A DNA stretch of 63,861 nucleotides, filler included, from Chiloscyllium plagiosum (taxonomy: Eukaryota), in NCBI RefSeq assembly GCF_004010195.1. It is 4 parts of one record of this genome, joined end to end, with 100 filler letters (N's around TTAATTAATTAA, not from the genome) between each part and the next. Parts side by side here need not be neighbours in the genome. Positions count along the whole stretch, not along the records: positions 1 to 31,694 come from NC_057714.1; 3 more parts are not named here. The stretch is one strand, 5' to 3'. Shown here piece after piece: positions 1 through 12,399 of the stretch (position 1 is the stretch's first letter; each line of letters starts with the position of its first letter). The position numbers were made by a program, and so were the translations under genes. The notes under the pieces are model-generated. The model was not told the origin of the DNA and did not search any database. It was given only the letters and a program-made list of their open reading frames with translations.

Positions 1-191
1 AACATCATATCTAAGGCCATCCTATTTTCCCAGGCCATCCTGCTTGTGGCATCTAACTGTTCAGCTATTACTTTAACAGCGTTTCCGGTGCAATTTGTAA
101 ATCTTTGTTGGTTATAAAAAATGTAATTAATCCAATCGACATTTTTATTAATTGTAACCCTCCAGAAAAGAGATTCAAATCCAGCTGCTAT
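1..191 (-). pseudogene. env: ERV env TM fragment, left copy
   Basis: Reverse complement of 27457-27647; encodes IAAGFESLFW...NVDWINYIFYNQQRF...WENRMALDMM. Confidence 0.9.
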
Positions 192-1422
192 TTTTGAGGA
201 CGTAACTGTGAAGATGGACGAAGGAGATCCAGTAGATGTAGTGTACCTGGACTTTCAGAAAGCTTTTGCTAAAGTCTGACATAGGAGGTTAGTGAGCAAA
301 ATTAGCGCGCATGGCATTGGGGGCAAAGTACTAACTTGGATTGAATGTTGGTTGGCTGATAGGAAACAAAGCGTAGTGATAATCGGCTCCATTTCGGAAT
401 GGCAGGCAGTGACCAATGGGGTACCGCAGAGATCAGTGCTGGGACCGTAGCTTTTTACAATATATGTTAATGATATAGAAGATGGTATTAGTAATAACAT
501 TAGCAAATTTGCTGATGATACTAAGCTGGGTGGCAGGGTGAAATGTGATGAGGATGTTAGGAGATTACAGGGTGACCTGGACAAGTTAGGTGAGTGGTCA
601 GATGCATGGCAGATGCAGTTTAATGTGGATAAATGTATGGTTATCCATTTTGGTGGCAAGAACAGGATGGAATCAATTTAGGTAAAGGGGCAGTACAAAG
701 AGATTTGGGTGTTCTTGTGCACCAGGCAATGAAGGTAAGCATGCAGGTACAGCAGGTAGTGAAGAAGGCTAATAGCATACTGGCCTTCATAACAAGAGGG
801 ATTGAGTATAGAAGCAAACAATGGTCTTCTACAGCTGTACAGGGCCCTTGTGAGACCACACCTGGAGTTCTGTGTGCAGTTCTGGTCTCCAAATTTGAGG
901 AAAGACATTCTGGCTATTGAGGGAGTGCAGCGTAGGTTCACAAGGTCAATTTCTGGAATGGCGGGATTATCTTACACTGAAAGACTGGAGTAACTGGGCT
1001 TGTATACCCTTGAGTTTAGAAGACCGAGAGGGGATATAATTGAGACATATAAGATTATTAAAGGATTGGACACTCTGGAGGCAAGGAAATATGTTTCTGC
1101 CGATGGGTGATTGCCGAACCAAAGGACACAGCTTACAAATACGTGGTAGATCATTTAGGACAGAGATGAGGAGAAACTTTTTCACCCAGAGAGTGGTGAA
1201 TGTGTAGAATGCTCTGTCCCAGAGGGCAGTGGAGGCCCAGTCTCTGGATTCATTTAAGAAAGAGTTAGATAGAGCTCTCAAGGATTGTGGAATCAAGGGT
1301 TATGGAGATAAGGCAGAAACATGATACTGATTAAGGATGATCAGTCATGATCATATTGAATGGTATGCAGGCTCGAAGGGCAGAATGGCCTACTCTTCAA
1401 CCTATTGTCTATTGTCTATTGT
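192..1422 (+). mobile_element. 5'-truncated CR1/HER1-type LINE inserted into env
   Basis: RT motifs VDVVYLDFQKAF, SKFADDTKL, LYRALVRPHLEFCVQFWSP; (CTATTGT)3 tail; CTAT at both junctions (188-191, 1423-1426). Confidence 0.95.
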
Positions 1423-2880
1423 CTATCTGGTTATGAGTCTTAAATTCATCAGGCACCCCTCTGGGAAGCCCTATCAAGTCCAAATAAATATCATCATCAA
1501 AGGAGGTAGCAAACACTGACCGTGCATTCCTCGTTTTGCCCATTCCAGGAATCTCACCTTTTTCAAATGCTCGGTTGAATAGAATAGCCAATTGCACAAT
1601 TGCACAAGAGTCTCACCAGTCAGAGGGCATAGTAGGTCTTAGAATCTTTCCGCCACAGTACCACCACAAATCCACTAGGGGTATATTTAAAGCTGAATAG
1701 TTTCCTCCCAACACTGTCTCGGCAACCGATTCGATTTCCGAGCAGGACTTTACGTCTCCAAGAAATCGGGACCAGTCCGACACCTGCCTTCACACACAGG
1801 AGATACGATTCCCGATCACGTCCGAAAATGAAGGGGGACTTTTTAAATCCTCCGTCAGAGGAGGGAACAACAACAGCAAAGACCGACAGCCTGGGTTCCC
1901 CACGCTGTCTCATCCTGATACAGGGCTATCATACATATCATACCAGCCCTGTCCCGCATCTACTCGAGCGGAAAGGGAACCACGCGAGCCACCAGTCTAC
2001 CAGAGGCACATGCATAGCAAATGATTTTATTCATACTTTTCACAGTGTACTTCACCCATTCAACCCAGGCATTTGTATCCCCGTATCCCGTTTCTATTTC
2101 AATAGACTGTTTCAAGTCTTTCATCTCTACAATTGTGACAGTCCCCCTCCCACACCCGCCCCAACCTTGGCATTCGTACTTTCCACTACGGACCCGGTTC
2201 TCACCTGTAGGCGAAATCAACATCACGAGAAAATCAAATTCTGCCTGCCAATTATCATTTCTATGCCAAATGTTTCATTGAGCTGGACCTGGTAAACCCT
2301 CCTCCCCCCACCCCACCCACGCCGCCGGTCATATATCCCTTCCTTCCACTAGGTATTCTTTACTGTAATGTACACTGCGTTGCACCTTTGGTCTGGACAA
2401 TCAGGGGGAGGCCGAACAGGGCTTCGGTGTACTTGGATGAGAGGATTTTCCTAAGGTTTGCCCTTACCGTGAAATGTATTCCAAAATGTATTCCTATCAC
2501 CAAGATCAGCCATCTCTGCCATGGGGGCCCGGGGGTCAGAGGGTTTGAGGTCTAATTTCTTTCCATTTTGTACTGAGTAACCTCCATAGGATTTGAGATG
2601 AACTGCTGAGTTACTATACTTCCTCTGACTTTCCACAGTCCCACAATCTACCAACTGCAAATATCGGCTTCTGTGATATGGGGATTGTTACTCTCGGGGA
2701 CCATTAGTACCACATAAGACGTTCTTACTAAAACGCAATCATGGAAGGGGAGCAAAAAGACTAAACTATACACTCTCTCCATTCGTGAAAAGGACGTGCC
2801 GAGAGACGAAACCAACAATTTGACAGAAACTTATCCCGCGATCACGTTGCAACCTGACAAACAATCACTTATCCGTCCAT
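1423..2880 (-). pseudogene. env: ERV env SU and start of TM, disrupted, left copy
   Basis: IICYACASGR (CXXC), KTRNARS basic cleavage-like site, GLPRGVPDEFKTHNQI. Confidence 0.85.
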
Positions 2881-3867
2881 TAAACGTTCCTTTGAACAGT
2901 TCTCTTTAACTTGAGTTTAAGCGGTTCCGTTGTTGTTTCTGTTCTCCAAATTCCCTTGTCGTTCGGGGGTTTGACTGGCCTTTTGATTCTTGTATAATGT
3001 GTCCAGCCCTTTTCGGCCGTCCTAATTGCCGTCTCTGTCATGAGGCGGGCTTGATACGGACCTTCCCAGTCTGTCAAGTACTAATTTAGATAGTTGCTTT
3101 TTCAGCGTCTGATTCATTCTTTCAACCTTTCCTGATGAGGACGGGTGCCAAGGGGTGTGGAATTCCCAGGAGATTCCTAAACTCTTCATTGTCTCCTATA
3201 ATACTTTAGAAGTAAAATGTGTACCTTAATCTGAGTCTATATGTTCTACTATCCAGTACCTGGGAACTATCTGTTCAAGAATCACCTTGGATACCCCATT
3301 CTCGGTGGCTGTAACCAAGGGGTATGCTTCAAACCGAACATATGGTCAACGAGCACCAACAGGTACTTCAAACTTTCCACACGGGGTAAATCGGTATAAC
3401 CTACCTGGATATTCTGAAATGGTCGTAGCCCAGGTGGTCGTCCTCCCTGAACCTGTCTCCTCAAAACCTTTTTGTTTATCTTTTTATATGTTATACATCC
3501 TTCACATATCTGTTTGGCAATGGTATATACTTCTTTACATCCATATTTTCGCAGGACTAAATCGCACATTGCCTGCCCCCCCCCCCCCCATGACTTCCTT
3601 GATGCAAAATGGTCATAATTTCTCGCGTCATAATTTTATTAAGCATCCCCATTCCATCAGGTAGCAGCCAATACCCCTCTTCTGTTTTAAACACATTAAT
3701 ATCTTTCAGTTCCTTCTCCTCCTTATTATTAAATAACGGAGTACTCGGTGGATCAGGGAGCGAAGGTATCAGGGGACATATTACTGCTTCTGGTGGACTC
3801 ATGGCCACCACCCTCGCTGCCTCATCTGTCAATCTATTCCCCCTTACTTCTAGGGTATCCCCCTTCC
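2880..3867 (-). pseudogene. pol: ERV pol remnant (RNase H C-terminus plus integrase), left copy
   Basis: GNRLTDEAAR, ILHQGSH...ICEGCITY zinc-binding region, KYLLVLVD, WEGPYQ (GPY/F); ~290 bp deletion at ~3077 relative to the right copy. Confidence 0.9.
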
Positions 3868-5130
3868 TCTACCATACCGTTGTTTTTTCTCATTTGGCCA
3901 CATATTCCGTTGGTTATCTATTTCCTGTGTTTCAGTCTTTTTTGCCTTATTTTTGCCTTTTGTTTATGTTTTTCGTCCTCTCTCCTTAAAAGTACTCTCT
4001 GACCCTCCCTCAGCAATTCATCAAATGGTTTCTCACTCCATCCCAATATTTTCTGTATTTTCTTCTGAATATCTGGCCAAGCCTTAGTCGCAAAGTATAT
4101 TTTCAACAATCCTTCCCCTACTGGCCCCTCTAAATCCATCCCAGAATATTTGCACATAGAGTCCTTCAGTCTTTGTAAAAACGCCGAGGGACTCTCTTCC
4201 TTTCCTTGACGTACCTCAAATGCCTTCAATTGCTTCTCCAATTGCCCTTATTAATACACTTTTCATAATTTTCATCTTTTCCCTATCTTCTTGTTTTTGA
4301 TTATCCCAATTGGGGTCTCTTAAGGGGAACTTTTCCTCTGCCTGACCTGCCCCTTCAATTCCCATGGGGTGTTCCCTGTTTCAGACCCCAAATGCTGCTT
4401 TCCTTATCAAACATCTTTCTTCTCCACTAAATAAAATATTTAGTATTGACATCAATTCTGTCCAAGTATATACATGTGGACCCAGGAATTGATCAATTTG
4501 TTCTGACAAACCTACCGGGTCTCCTATAAGTATTTAGATTTGTTTTTTTTAAAGGACCTTACTTCCCCACTAGTTAAAGGGGTATTATCAAATCTAATTT
4601 CTCTTTCCCCGAACGGGACATCTCTTAATGGAAGCATGTTTTGGACCAATATTTCTTCCGCCTCCCCTTCACTCTCTTCTAATCTTTCCATTTAGCTTCT
4701 GGTGCGTTTTGCAATCGGGACCTGACTTTTATCTATTTCATGTTCTGTCTCAGAAGTGGTAGGACCTTTATCCACCTGCCCCTGACTCGTACCAGAAACC
4801 GCCATGGGCAGTTGGATTCTTCCAAATGGCGGGGGGTAAATTGTCTAATACCTCTCATGGGGCTAAAGGTGGTGTACAAGGGATTTTCTTTTCATCTATT
4901 TTTACAATGCACATCCGTATTTTAGATCCACCCTTCCAACAGAACGCATAATCAGACTCCTCCTGACTGAAGGGTTATTTTTCATTAACATAAAAATTTA
5001 AACATTGACAAACCCAGTCTTCGTCCGACTCGTACTTTGGCCAGAAGATGGCAGGACGAAGAATATGTTCCTTAGTCCATACAAAACAACAACACTTAAT
5101 CATCTTCTTTCTAGAGTTTTAGCGTGTGTC
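3868..5130 (-). pseudogene. gag: ERV gag remnant, left copy
   Basis: MHR-like FEVRQGKEESPSAFLQRLKD and WPDIQKKIQK...DELLRE; 5' end removed by a ~370 bp deletion near 5130. Confidence 0.88.
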
Positions 5131-5468
5131 TCCTGAACCCCCAGGTTACTTTCATTAATACCTCATAACTACTAAAACCCAGGACCCAGCCACCAAGGTA
5201 ATACTTAAAAGTCAGTTTTCTTACCTTGGTCTGTGCACAGAGCTACGTGGCTATTAGACGTCTTCCGGTTGTGCCTTCCCCCTTGCGTCCCACCCAAGGT
5301 CCCCATGAGTCCAACTCAAAGTATACACACTCACTGCCAACTGGTTCGGAACGATTCTTAAAGAATTCAATTTACGCAATCCCTCAAGCCATCCACCGCT
5401 GAAAAACGGGGAACGGGGCGCACCTTCTCAGTTATCGAATGTGGGAGCCTTTTCAGGAGCTGAAGTTC

Positions 5469-5486
5469 ATCCCGGACGAGCCCCCA
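5469..5486 (-). promoter_or_regulatory. Primer-binding site complementary to tRNA-Pro
   Basis: Exact TGGGGGCTCGTCCGGGAT, 2 nt after the LTR terminal CA. Confidence 0.95.
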
Positions 5487-5488
5487 AT

Positions 5489-6096
5489 TGTGAGACACGA
5501 ACCCACTTAATCAATAATTTTCAGTCCAAGTCAAAGAGTTCCGAAGCTGTACATTTATTCGAACATCTTTAAAGTTGGGTGGCTCTACGAGGAGAGTCAC
5601 ATCCGACAGTAAAATACAAAGTTTTTTTATGAGACCCTTTTCTGAGGGATCTCTCGACACCCCTACACTAAGCAATAAACCTATCATAAGTGCCTATTTC
5701 TTTCTATCCCCTTATTTGGTTATTACTTGCGCCCGTTATTCCCTCATTTGGTAATTCCCTGCACCCAAGCCACGTCGATCATACTTATTAATTACCTCAC
5801 TTGTTTTCCTTCTAAATATGTCTAATTTGGCTATTCTAGTTCGTTACAACCTTTCTGTCATTTTATCCAGTTCCTCTTTTCTAACCTTCTGACTTCTGAG
5901 ATCACCCTTTACTATTATGATAGACCAAAAAGAGGACCTACAAACTATAAGCTTATTGCGAAATGTCCCTCCTACTTCTCTTGTGGTCAAGCTACAATAC
6001 TCAAAGTTATTTCTTAGATTAAAACTATTTCTTTAAAGGTCCTCTATATTCGTTAAAATCAACATACACCTGACAACCTGAAACGTTTCTCTCACA
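5489..6096 (-). repeat. ERV 5' LTR (608 bp), left copy
   Basis: TGTGAGA...TCTCACA inverted termini, AATAAA ~65 nt from the 3' end, abuts the PBS. Confidence 0.9.
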
Positions 6097-7760
6097 CCAC
6101 AGCTCCAATATCCCTTCTTAACTGTGTAACATTTTCCAGTCTTGGAACACTCTGAAACTGTGGACATCCTACAATCCTCCCTGTCTGCGTAATCCTCTCA
6201 GGTCCCTGCAACACCCCCGATCTGTAGAACCAACTCCAATGCTTGTCACTCTCCCAATTAGTTTCTACAAGACTGGCTATCTATGTAATATCTTCCCGTC
6301 ACTATCATCCGCCCTGTCAATTTAAGCTCCTCCAGTCTCCCCACCAATCTAATCATATACATACCCTTCTCCAGCTCTTACACACTTATTGATGTAAACG
6401 TTACATTCCCCTACAACCATCCCTAAAGCAGAAACCTCCTCCAGTGTGTCCAATGCTCCCTATCTGTGATGGTGTCTCCAGACTCTATTGCTGTTCCTAT
6501 ATCTGTAAGCTCTGACAGATTGCTCAGCTTTCCGGTACATATAATTTCCAGAACCTCAGCATCCGACATAAACAAGTGTTTTCATGAACTACAGCCTTCC
6601 ATATCTCTGTTCATTCCTCAATTCTATACAACTCCCTTAATCTCTGCAAATAGCACAATTCCATAAAATACTCCCTGCCTGCATGAACTGCCCCAATCTT
6701 ACACTGAGAAGCCTCACTGTCCTTTTGATCACCTGTCGTCCCTTCAGATCTCCCTGCATCTTTCCTGACTCCATTGAATATAGCTCATCTCATGTCATAA
6801 CTCCTCTAACTCATATGTTACTCCACATCTCTGTGATATTCTTCAGTTACTGAATTCTCATTCTTAATCTCCAGAGCTTCCAATCCTCCTGATCAATGTA
6901 AGGTTATTGATCCCTTGCAGCACGTTTAACACCTGCAGCAGCCTCCAACTCCTCAACGCATCCTGTCGCTGTAACCTCCTGAAATACTACAGCTCACTGT
7001 CTTTGTAATATTTTCCAGTATCTGCAATCCTGTTGATTTCTGTAACCTCCTCCAGAACAGCACTCCACATGTCTGTTAACTGATGGAAATTCTTCAAACC
7101 TGCCTTCACAGTTCTCACTAGCTCTCTGAACTCCTGCAGCCCTACAACCCTCAGTATCTCTGGCTCCTCCAGTCCCTCCACTTCTCCATGGGTGTGTGAA
7201 CTGATCCAGCCCCTTCAACCCTCCCTATTTCGCTCGCTCCTGCAGCTCCAACTGTTGTGCATGTCAGTGTAATCTCCAGCACCAATAATCATTCCGGTCT
7301 CTATGAACTCCTGCAGCTTCAACTACCACCCCATCTATGTAATCTACGTGCCTCCAATCCTCCCTTTCTCTATAAATTCCGGTAGCTCCAAATACCACCC
7401 CAATCTGTCTAATCTCCAGTGTCAAACACCCTCCCTTTCTCTAAAACCTTCTGTAGCTCCAGCTACCACCAATATCTATGTAATCTCTAGTCCCGACACA
7501 CGTCCCAGTCTCTGTATCTCCTGAACTCCAACAACCACCCCTATCTGTTTAATCTTTAGTCCTTTTATTCCTCCCGATCTCTGTAACTTTCTCAGGACTG
7601 ATAACCATGTATCTCTCCTTGATATCTTTCAGGCCGACAACCTATCTGATCTCAAACTACCAACAGTGATCTCCAATCACCCGAACAGTGTAACATCCTG
7701 CAGTCTCTCCAACCCAGCTTTTCTCTGTTAGTTTCTCTGGTGTCTGTATTCCCGTTTATC
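6097..7760 (+). repeat. Degenerate C/T-rich tandem array, probably derived from an L2-type LINE ORF2 C-terminal segment
   Basis: Recurring CTGTAA(C/T)CTCC(T)CCAG / CCTACAACCC motifs; 7121-7172 resembles the YLCNLLQPYNPPRSLRSS-encoding L2 segment; mirrored at ~19545-21207. Confidence 0.55.
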
Positions 7761-7789
7761 TCGGTTACAGATCCCTGATCAGGAAAACA

Positions 7790-8790
7790 ATGTCTCAGTA
7801 CCGAATCTGTAAGTACACAAGAATCTTCGGTTTATCAATACTTGTGCCTCATTTTCTAAATTTTAACGACTGCAAGTTCAACCTTCTCCACCTCTTCTCA
7901 TCAAAGTCCCTCCAGTTTGAAGAACAGCCTGGTGAACCTTCTCTGGGCTGCCTCCAATGCAAGGACATTTTCCCTCCAGATAGGGGACCAAACCTGTTTC
8001 CAATGTTCTCGGTGTGGGCTGACTGGAGTCCTCTATGATTGTTATAAGCCTTCCCTCTTTTTATTCTCCATTCCCTTTGGAAACAATGCCAGCATTCCAT
8101 TTGCCTTTTCTATGACCTGCTGGCCCTGTATGCTACCTTTCTGAGATATATGCACAAGGATTCCCACGTTACTCTGTGATGTAGCTCTCTGCAGTTGATC
8201 TTCAACCAAGAGGTGACAGCAATAATCAGGAAGGTGCTGGAATGTATGGTAAACGACATGCCAAAAATGCTAAGTGCACACTTAGAAACCTATCGAAAAA
8301 GCGCAGTCAATAAGACCACCGCGTATAGGTGCAGAATTAGGCCATTCGGTCCATGGGGTCTATTCCACTATTTGATTATGGCTGAATTGTTTCTCAACCC
8401 TATTCTCTCACTTACACCCTATTACCCTTGATCTCCTTACTTATCAAGAACTTAGCTATCTCTGAGTTAGACACGTTTAATCACTTCGGACCCACCGACC
8501 CATGAAGCAATGAGTTCCACAGATCCATCACCCTCTGGCTGAATAAATTCCTCCACATCTCTATTCTAAAGGGTCGTCCCTTCACTCTGAAGCTGTGCCC
8601 TTCGCCCCGAGTCTCTCCTGCTCGTGGAGAAACCTTGCCCACGTCCACTTCATCCAGCCCCATCCCCGCGTTAATCTGTAAGTTTGAGTGAGATTCTGCC
8701 GCCACCTCTGAACTTCATCAAGTGCAGACCCAGAGACTTCACCTGCTCCTCATATGATACGAATTTCATCCCTGGGATCTTCCTTGGAAA
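7790..8790 (-). mobile_element. Old CR1 3' fragments (mirrored at ~18515-19520 +)
   Basis: TRGEGHSFRVKGRPFRIEMWRNLFSQRVMDLWNSL and QFGPLSGG..ALEAAQRRFTRL-like translations. Confidence 0.8.
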
Positions 8791-8832
8791 CTTATTTCTC
8801 GTACCCCTTCATATCTTTTGTCCAGACTCTTA

Positions 8833-10210
8833 ATGGTGGTGGGCAAGTTGTTGGAGTGAATCCTGAGGGACAGGATGTATATGTATTTGGAAAGTCAAGG
8901 ACTGATTCGAGAGAGTCAACATGACTTTGTGCGTGGGAAATCATGGCTCGCAAACTTGATTGAGTTTTTTGAATAAGTAACAAAGAAGATTGATGAGGGC
9001 AGAGCAGTAGATGAGATCTATATGGACTTGAGTAAGGCGTTCGACAAGGTTTCCCAGGGGAGACTGATTAGCAAGGTTAGATCTCACGGAATACAGGGAG
9101 AACTAGCCATTTGGATACAGAACTGGCTCAAAGGTAGAAGACAGAGGGTGGTAGTGGAAGGTTGTTTTTCAGACTGGAGGCCTGTGACCTCCGGTCTCTA
9201 CAGGCCACATGATCGGTGCTGGGCCCTCTACGGTTTTGTCATTGACATAAATGATTTGGATGCGAGCATAAGAGGTACATTTAGTACGTTTGCAGATGAA
9301 ACCAAAATTGGAGGTGTAATGGACAGCGAAGAGGGTTACCTCAAATTACAACAGGATTTGGACCAGATGTACCAATGGGCTGAGAAGTGGCAGATGAAGT
9401 TTATTTCAGATAAATGCGACATGCTACATTTTGGGAAAGCAAATCTTAGCAGGATTTATACACTTAATGGTAAGGTCCTAGGGAGTGTTGCTGAACAAAG
9501 AGACCTTGGAGTGCAGATTCATAGCTCCTTGAAATTGGAGTCGCAGGTAGATAGGATAGTGCAGAAAGCGTTTGGTTTCCTTGCTTTTATGGGTCAGAGT
9601 ATTGAATACAGGAGTTGGGAGGTCATGTTGCGGCTGTTCAAGACATTGGTTTGGCCACCAAAGGAATATTGCGTGCAATTTTGGTCTCCTTCCTATCGGA
9701 AAGATGTTGTGAAACTTGAAAAGGTTCAGAAAAGATTTACAAGGATGTTGCCAAGGTTGGAGGATCTGAGCTACAGGGAGAGGCTGAGCAGGCTGGGGCT
9801 GTTTTCTCTGGAGCGTCGGAAGCTGAGGGGTGACCGTATAGAGGTTTACAAAATTATGAGGGGCATGGATAGGGTAAATAGACAAAGACTTTTCCCTGGG
9901 GTCGAGGAATCCAGAACTAGAGGACATAGGTATAAAGCGAGATAGGAAAGATATAAAAGAGACCGAAGGGGCAATTTTCTCACGCAGCGGGTGGTACGTG
10001 TATGCAATGAGCTGCCAGAGGATGTGGTGGAGGCTGGTACAATTGCAACATTTAAGGCATTTCGATGGGTATATGAATTTGAAGGGTTTGGACGAATATG
10101 GGCCGGACACTGGCTGGTGGGACTAGATTGGGTTGGGATATCATATCGGCATGGATGGGTTGGACCGAAGGGTCTGTTTCCATGCTGTATATCTCTCTAT
10201 GACTCTATGT
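8833..10210 (+). mobile_element. CR1/HER1 LINE 3' 1.4 kb (RT, 307-aa ORF remnant)
   Basis: MDLSKAFDKV, FADETK, EYCVQFWSP; 3' UTR shared with HE1 SINE; CTATGACT-type tail. Confidence 0.95.
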
Positions 10211-10424
10211 GTAGCGTGTAGTCCCAACACTGACCCCTGCGGAGCTCCCCCCATCACCAGTTCCCATCGTGAAAAAGACCCCTTTCTTCACACTCTCTGT
10301 CTTGTGCCAATCAGACAAAGCCTCTCTCCATGCTCAGCATGTTGTTCTGAAACGGAAATAAAATTTCACTCAAACTGCTGGATTAATTTTTCTATCTGGC
10401 TGCAAACAGCAGAGTTTCACCATT

Positions 10425-10790
10425 ACATTCCCATCAGTAATTCCCTGGAGAAGTTGGTGGTGAGCTGCCTTCCTGACCCACTGCAGTCCTTTGGGTGTAG
10501 GGACAGACACAGTGCTGGGAGGATGGAGCGTACCTCGGAGGGCTCCTTGGAAATGCTGATGTTCCCGCGCACCTGGAACTAATGTACTTCCAGGTTGTAG
10601 TGATTCCGGGTTTGTGAAGTGCTGTTGAAAGAGCCTTCCAGAGTGACTTCAATGCTGCTTGCAGATCTTTTATTCCTTCATTCATTCATGAACATGAGCT
10701 TTGTTGGTTGAGCCAGCATTTATTGTTGATTTGGAATTGTCCCTGAGAAGGTGGTAGTGAGCTGCCTTCCTGAGCCACAGCACCAGCCCT
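10425..10790 (-). mobile_element. Two LINE/SINE 3'-tail fragments (mirrored at ~14700-15070)
   Basis: GAGAAGGTGGTGGTGAGCTGCCTTC-like motif twice; GCCAGCATTTATTG and (TTCA)n tail. Confidence 0.55.
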
Positions 10791-11797
10791 TGGAACTCTT
10801 GTTATCTGTCTCCCCTCCAGCAGGCGCTACAACACTCCTCATGTCTGTAACTGCATACAGACAATGCAAATCTCCCTATTATATCTGACATCCTCCCAGC
10901 CATATAAACAGTTCCTCACAATATCTCACCTCCTCCATTCCCATCTGTGCAAGAGATCACTAAAATTTATTTATTCTTCTTTAAACTTCTGATCACCAAA
11001 AATATCTCCCTTTTTAAATTTGTAACCCCTTCAGTTTCTGTTACTCTCCATATAATTGTAATCAATGACAGCACAGATTCCCTTCCTAAATCTCTGTAAT
11101 TACAATGGTTGCGTGTGCTAAATTTTCTTCCTCTTTATCATCTCAGGACTTCCAGCTCCTACAATCCCACTATTTGGAATGCACCCATTCTCTGCACCTC
11201 CTCATTGCTTGAGGGTCTTTGAAAACCACCAGTGCCCCAAAGGTTTATATTCCCCCCAGTTNNNNNNNNNNNNNNNNNNNNNNNNNNNNNNNNNNNNNNN
11301 NNNNNNNNNNTCTCACTGTATCTTCCAGTAAACTTCTTAAGTTGCTGCAGGTCTGCCTAGCTCCCCAGATAACCTGTTCCATCCCATATAGCTCTCGCAA
11401 TCACTGTAACACCCTCTGCTCTGTCTAATCCTCCTCTTCCCCACTGTCTTCCAGGCACAACAGCGATCCTGTAAGAGAGCAATGCGGAATGGGATGTTAT
11501 AATTCTCAGCTGAGACTTGAGGCCTACCATTACCTGGGAGTCACAAAGGGAGGGAACCTGAGAGAGCAGCACAGAGTGGGAGAATACACATTAGCAACGA
11601 GGATCGAGGCCGACTGGGACTTGGAGTTTGAGAAACAGCAGAGCAGGTGGCTCGAAATCAGCACCGAATAACAGAGAGAGTGACCATGTGAGGGAGCAAT
11701 TTGGAGCAGAAGCATGAAGCTAACTCACACCTGGGAGTTACAGAGGCAGCAAAGTGAGAGGGTATAAATCAACACTGAGGATCAAGGCCGAATCGTG

Positions 11798-12047
11798 CCT
11801 GGGAGTGACAGAGACGGTGACCCTGCGAGGGAGTAGAGTGGAGGTGGGGCTGGAGGATTACAAGTCCCTGGGAGTCACAGAGACGGTGTCCCTGGGAGTG
11901 ACAGAGACGGTGACCCTGTGAGGGAGCGGAGTGGAGTGGGAGCTGGAGGATTACACGTACCTGGGCGTCACAGAGATGGTGACCCTGTGAGGGATCAGAG
12001 TGGAGTGGGATCTGGAGGATTACAAGTTCCTGGGAGTCACAGAGATA
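11798..12047 (+). repeat. 69-bp tandem repeat (about 3.5 copies), probably a CR1 5' UTR
   Basis: CCTGGGAGTSACAGAGAYGGTGACCCTG... units at ~11798, 11867 (short), 11890, 11959, 12028. Confidence 0.8.
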
Positions 12048-12399
12048 ACTTTCTGCTGCTGGGACTGAATTTGAAAGAAGTGCAAGAGCCATCACAGAAA
12101 AGACTGTAAGTTCATTGGCTGATAAAAACACCGTTATTAGCGACTGTCAGGTAATTGCTATAAGTTAGCAATTTTTCTTTCAACTTCTGAAATAAGGGTT
12201 GAACACAGAAATCAGAGGGAGAAGTGAAATTGTGAGCCAATATAATAAATTACCCTCAGTAAGCCACAGTTGAATAAGGGGCTTAACCATATTGTTATTT
12301 CCCGAATGTAAACTTCATTCTAAGTAATTAATTAAGTTCCGCCAGACATGTTGCATTATAAGACATGGCAAGACATATTTGTCAGATGGAAAATGTGTT

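Larger units (their letters stand above)
1..6096 (-). mobile_element. Defective class I (gamma/epsilon-like) endogenous retrovirus, left copy
   Basis: LTR-PBS-gag-pol(RNase H end, integrase)-env order on the - strand; many stops and frameshifts. Confidence 0.93.
1..11317. repeat. Left arm of large inverted duplication (continues off the left edge of the window)
   Basis: Position 1 onward is the reverse complement of 27647 downward; 11221-11261 matches 14223-14263; mirrored ORF pairs throughout (3918..4241- / 23206..23529+, 2451..2660- / 25090..25299+, 7790..8038+ / 19269..19517-). Confidence 0.97.

Noticed and set aside
9478..10110. 210-aa minus-strand ORF (and its mirror 17135-17647)
   Set aside because: Antisense shadow of CR1 ORF2 with no independent coding signal
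11798..12047. CRISPR-like array
   Set aside because: Units are contiguous tandem repeats without unique spacers; vertebrate context and no cas genes
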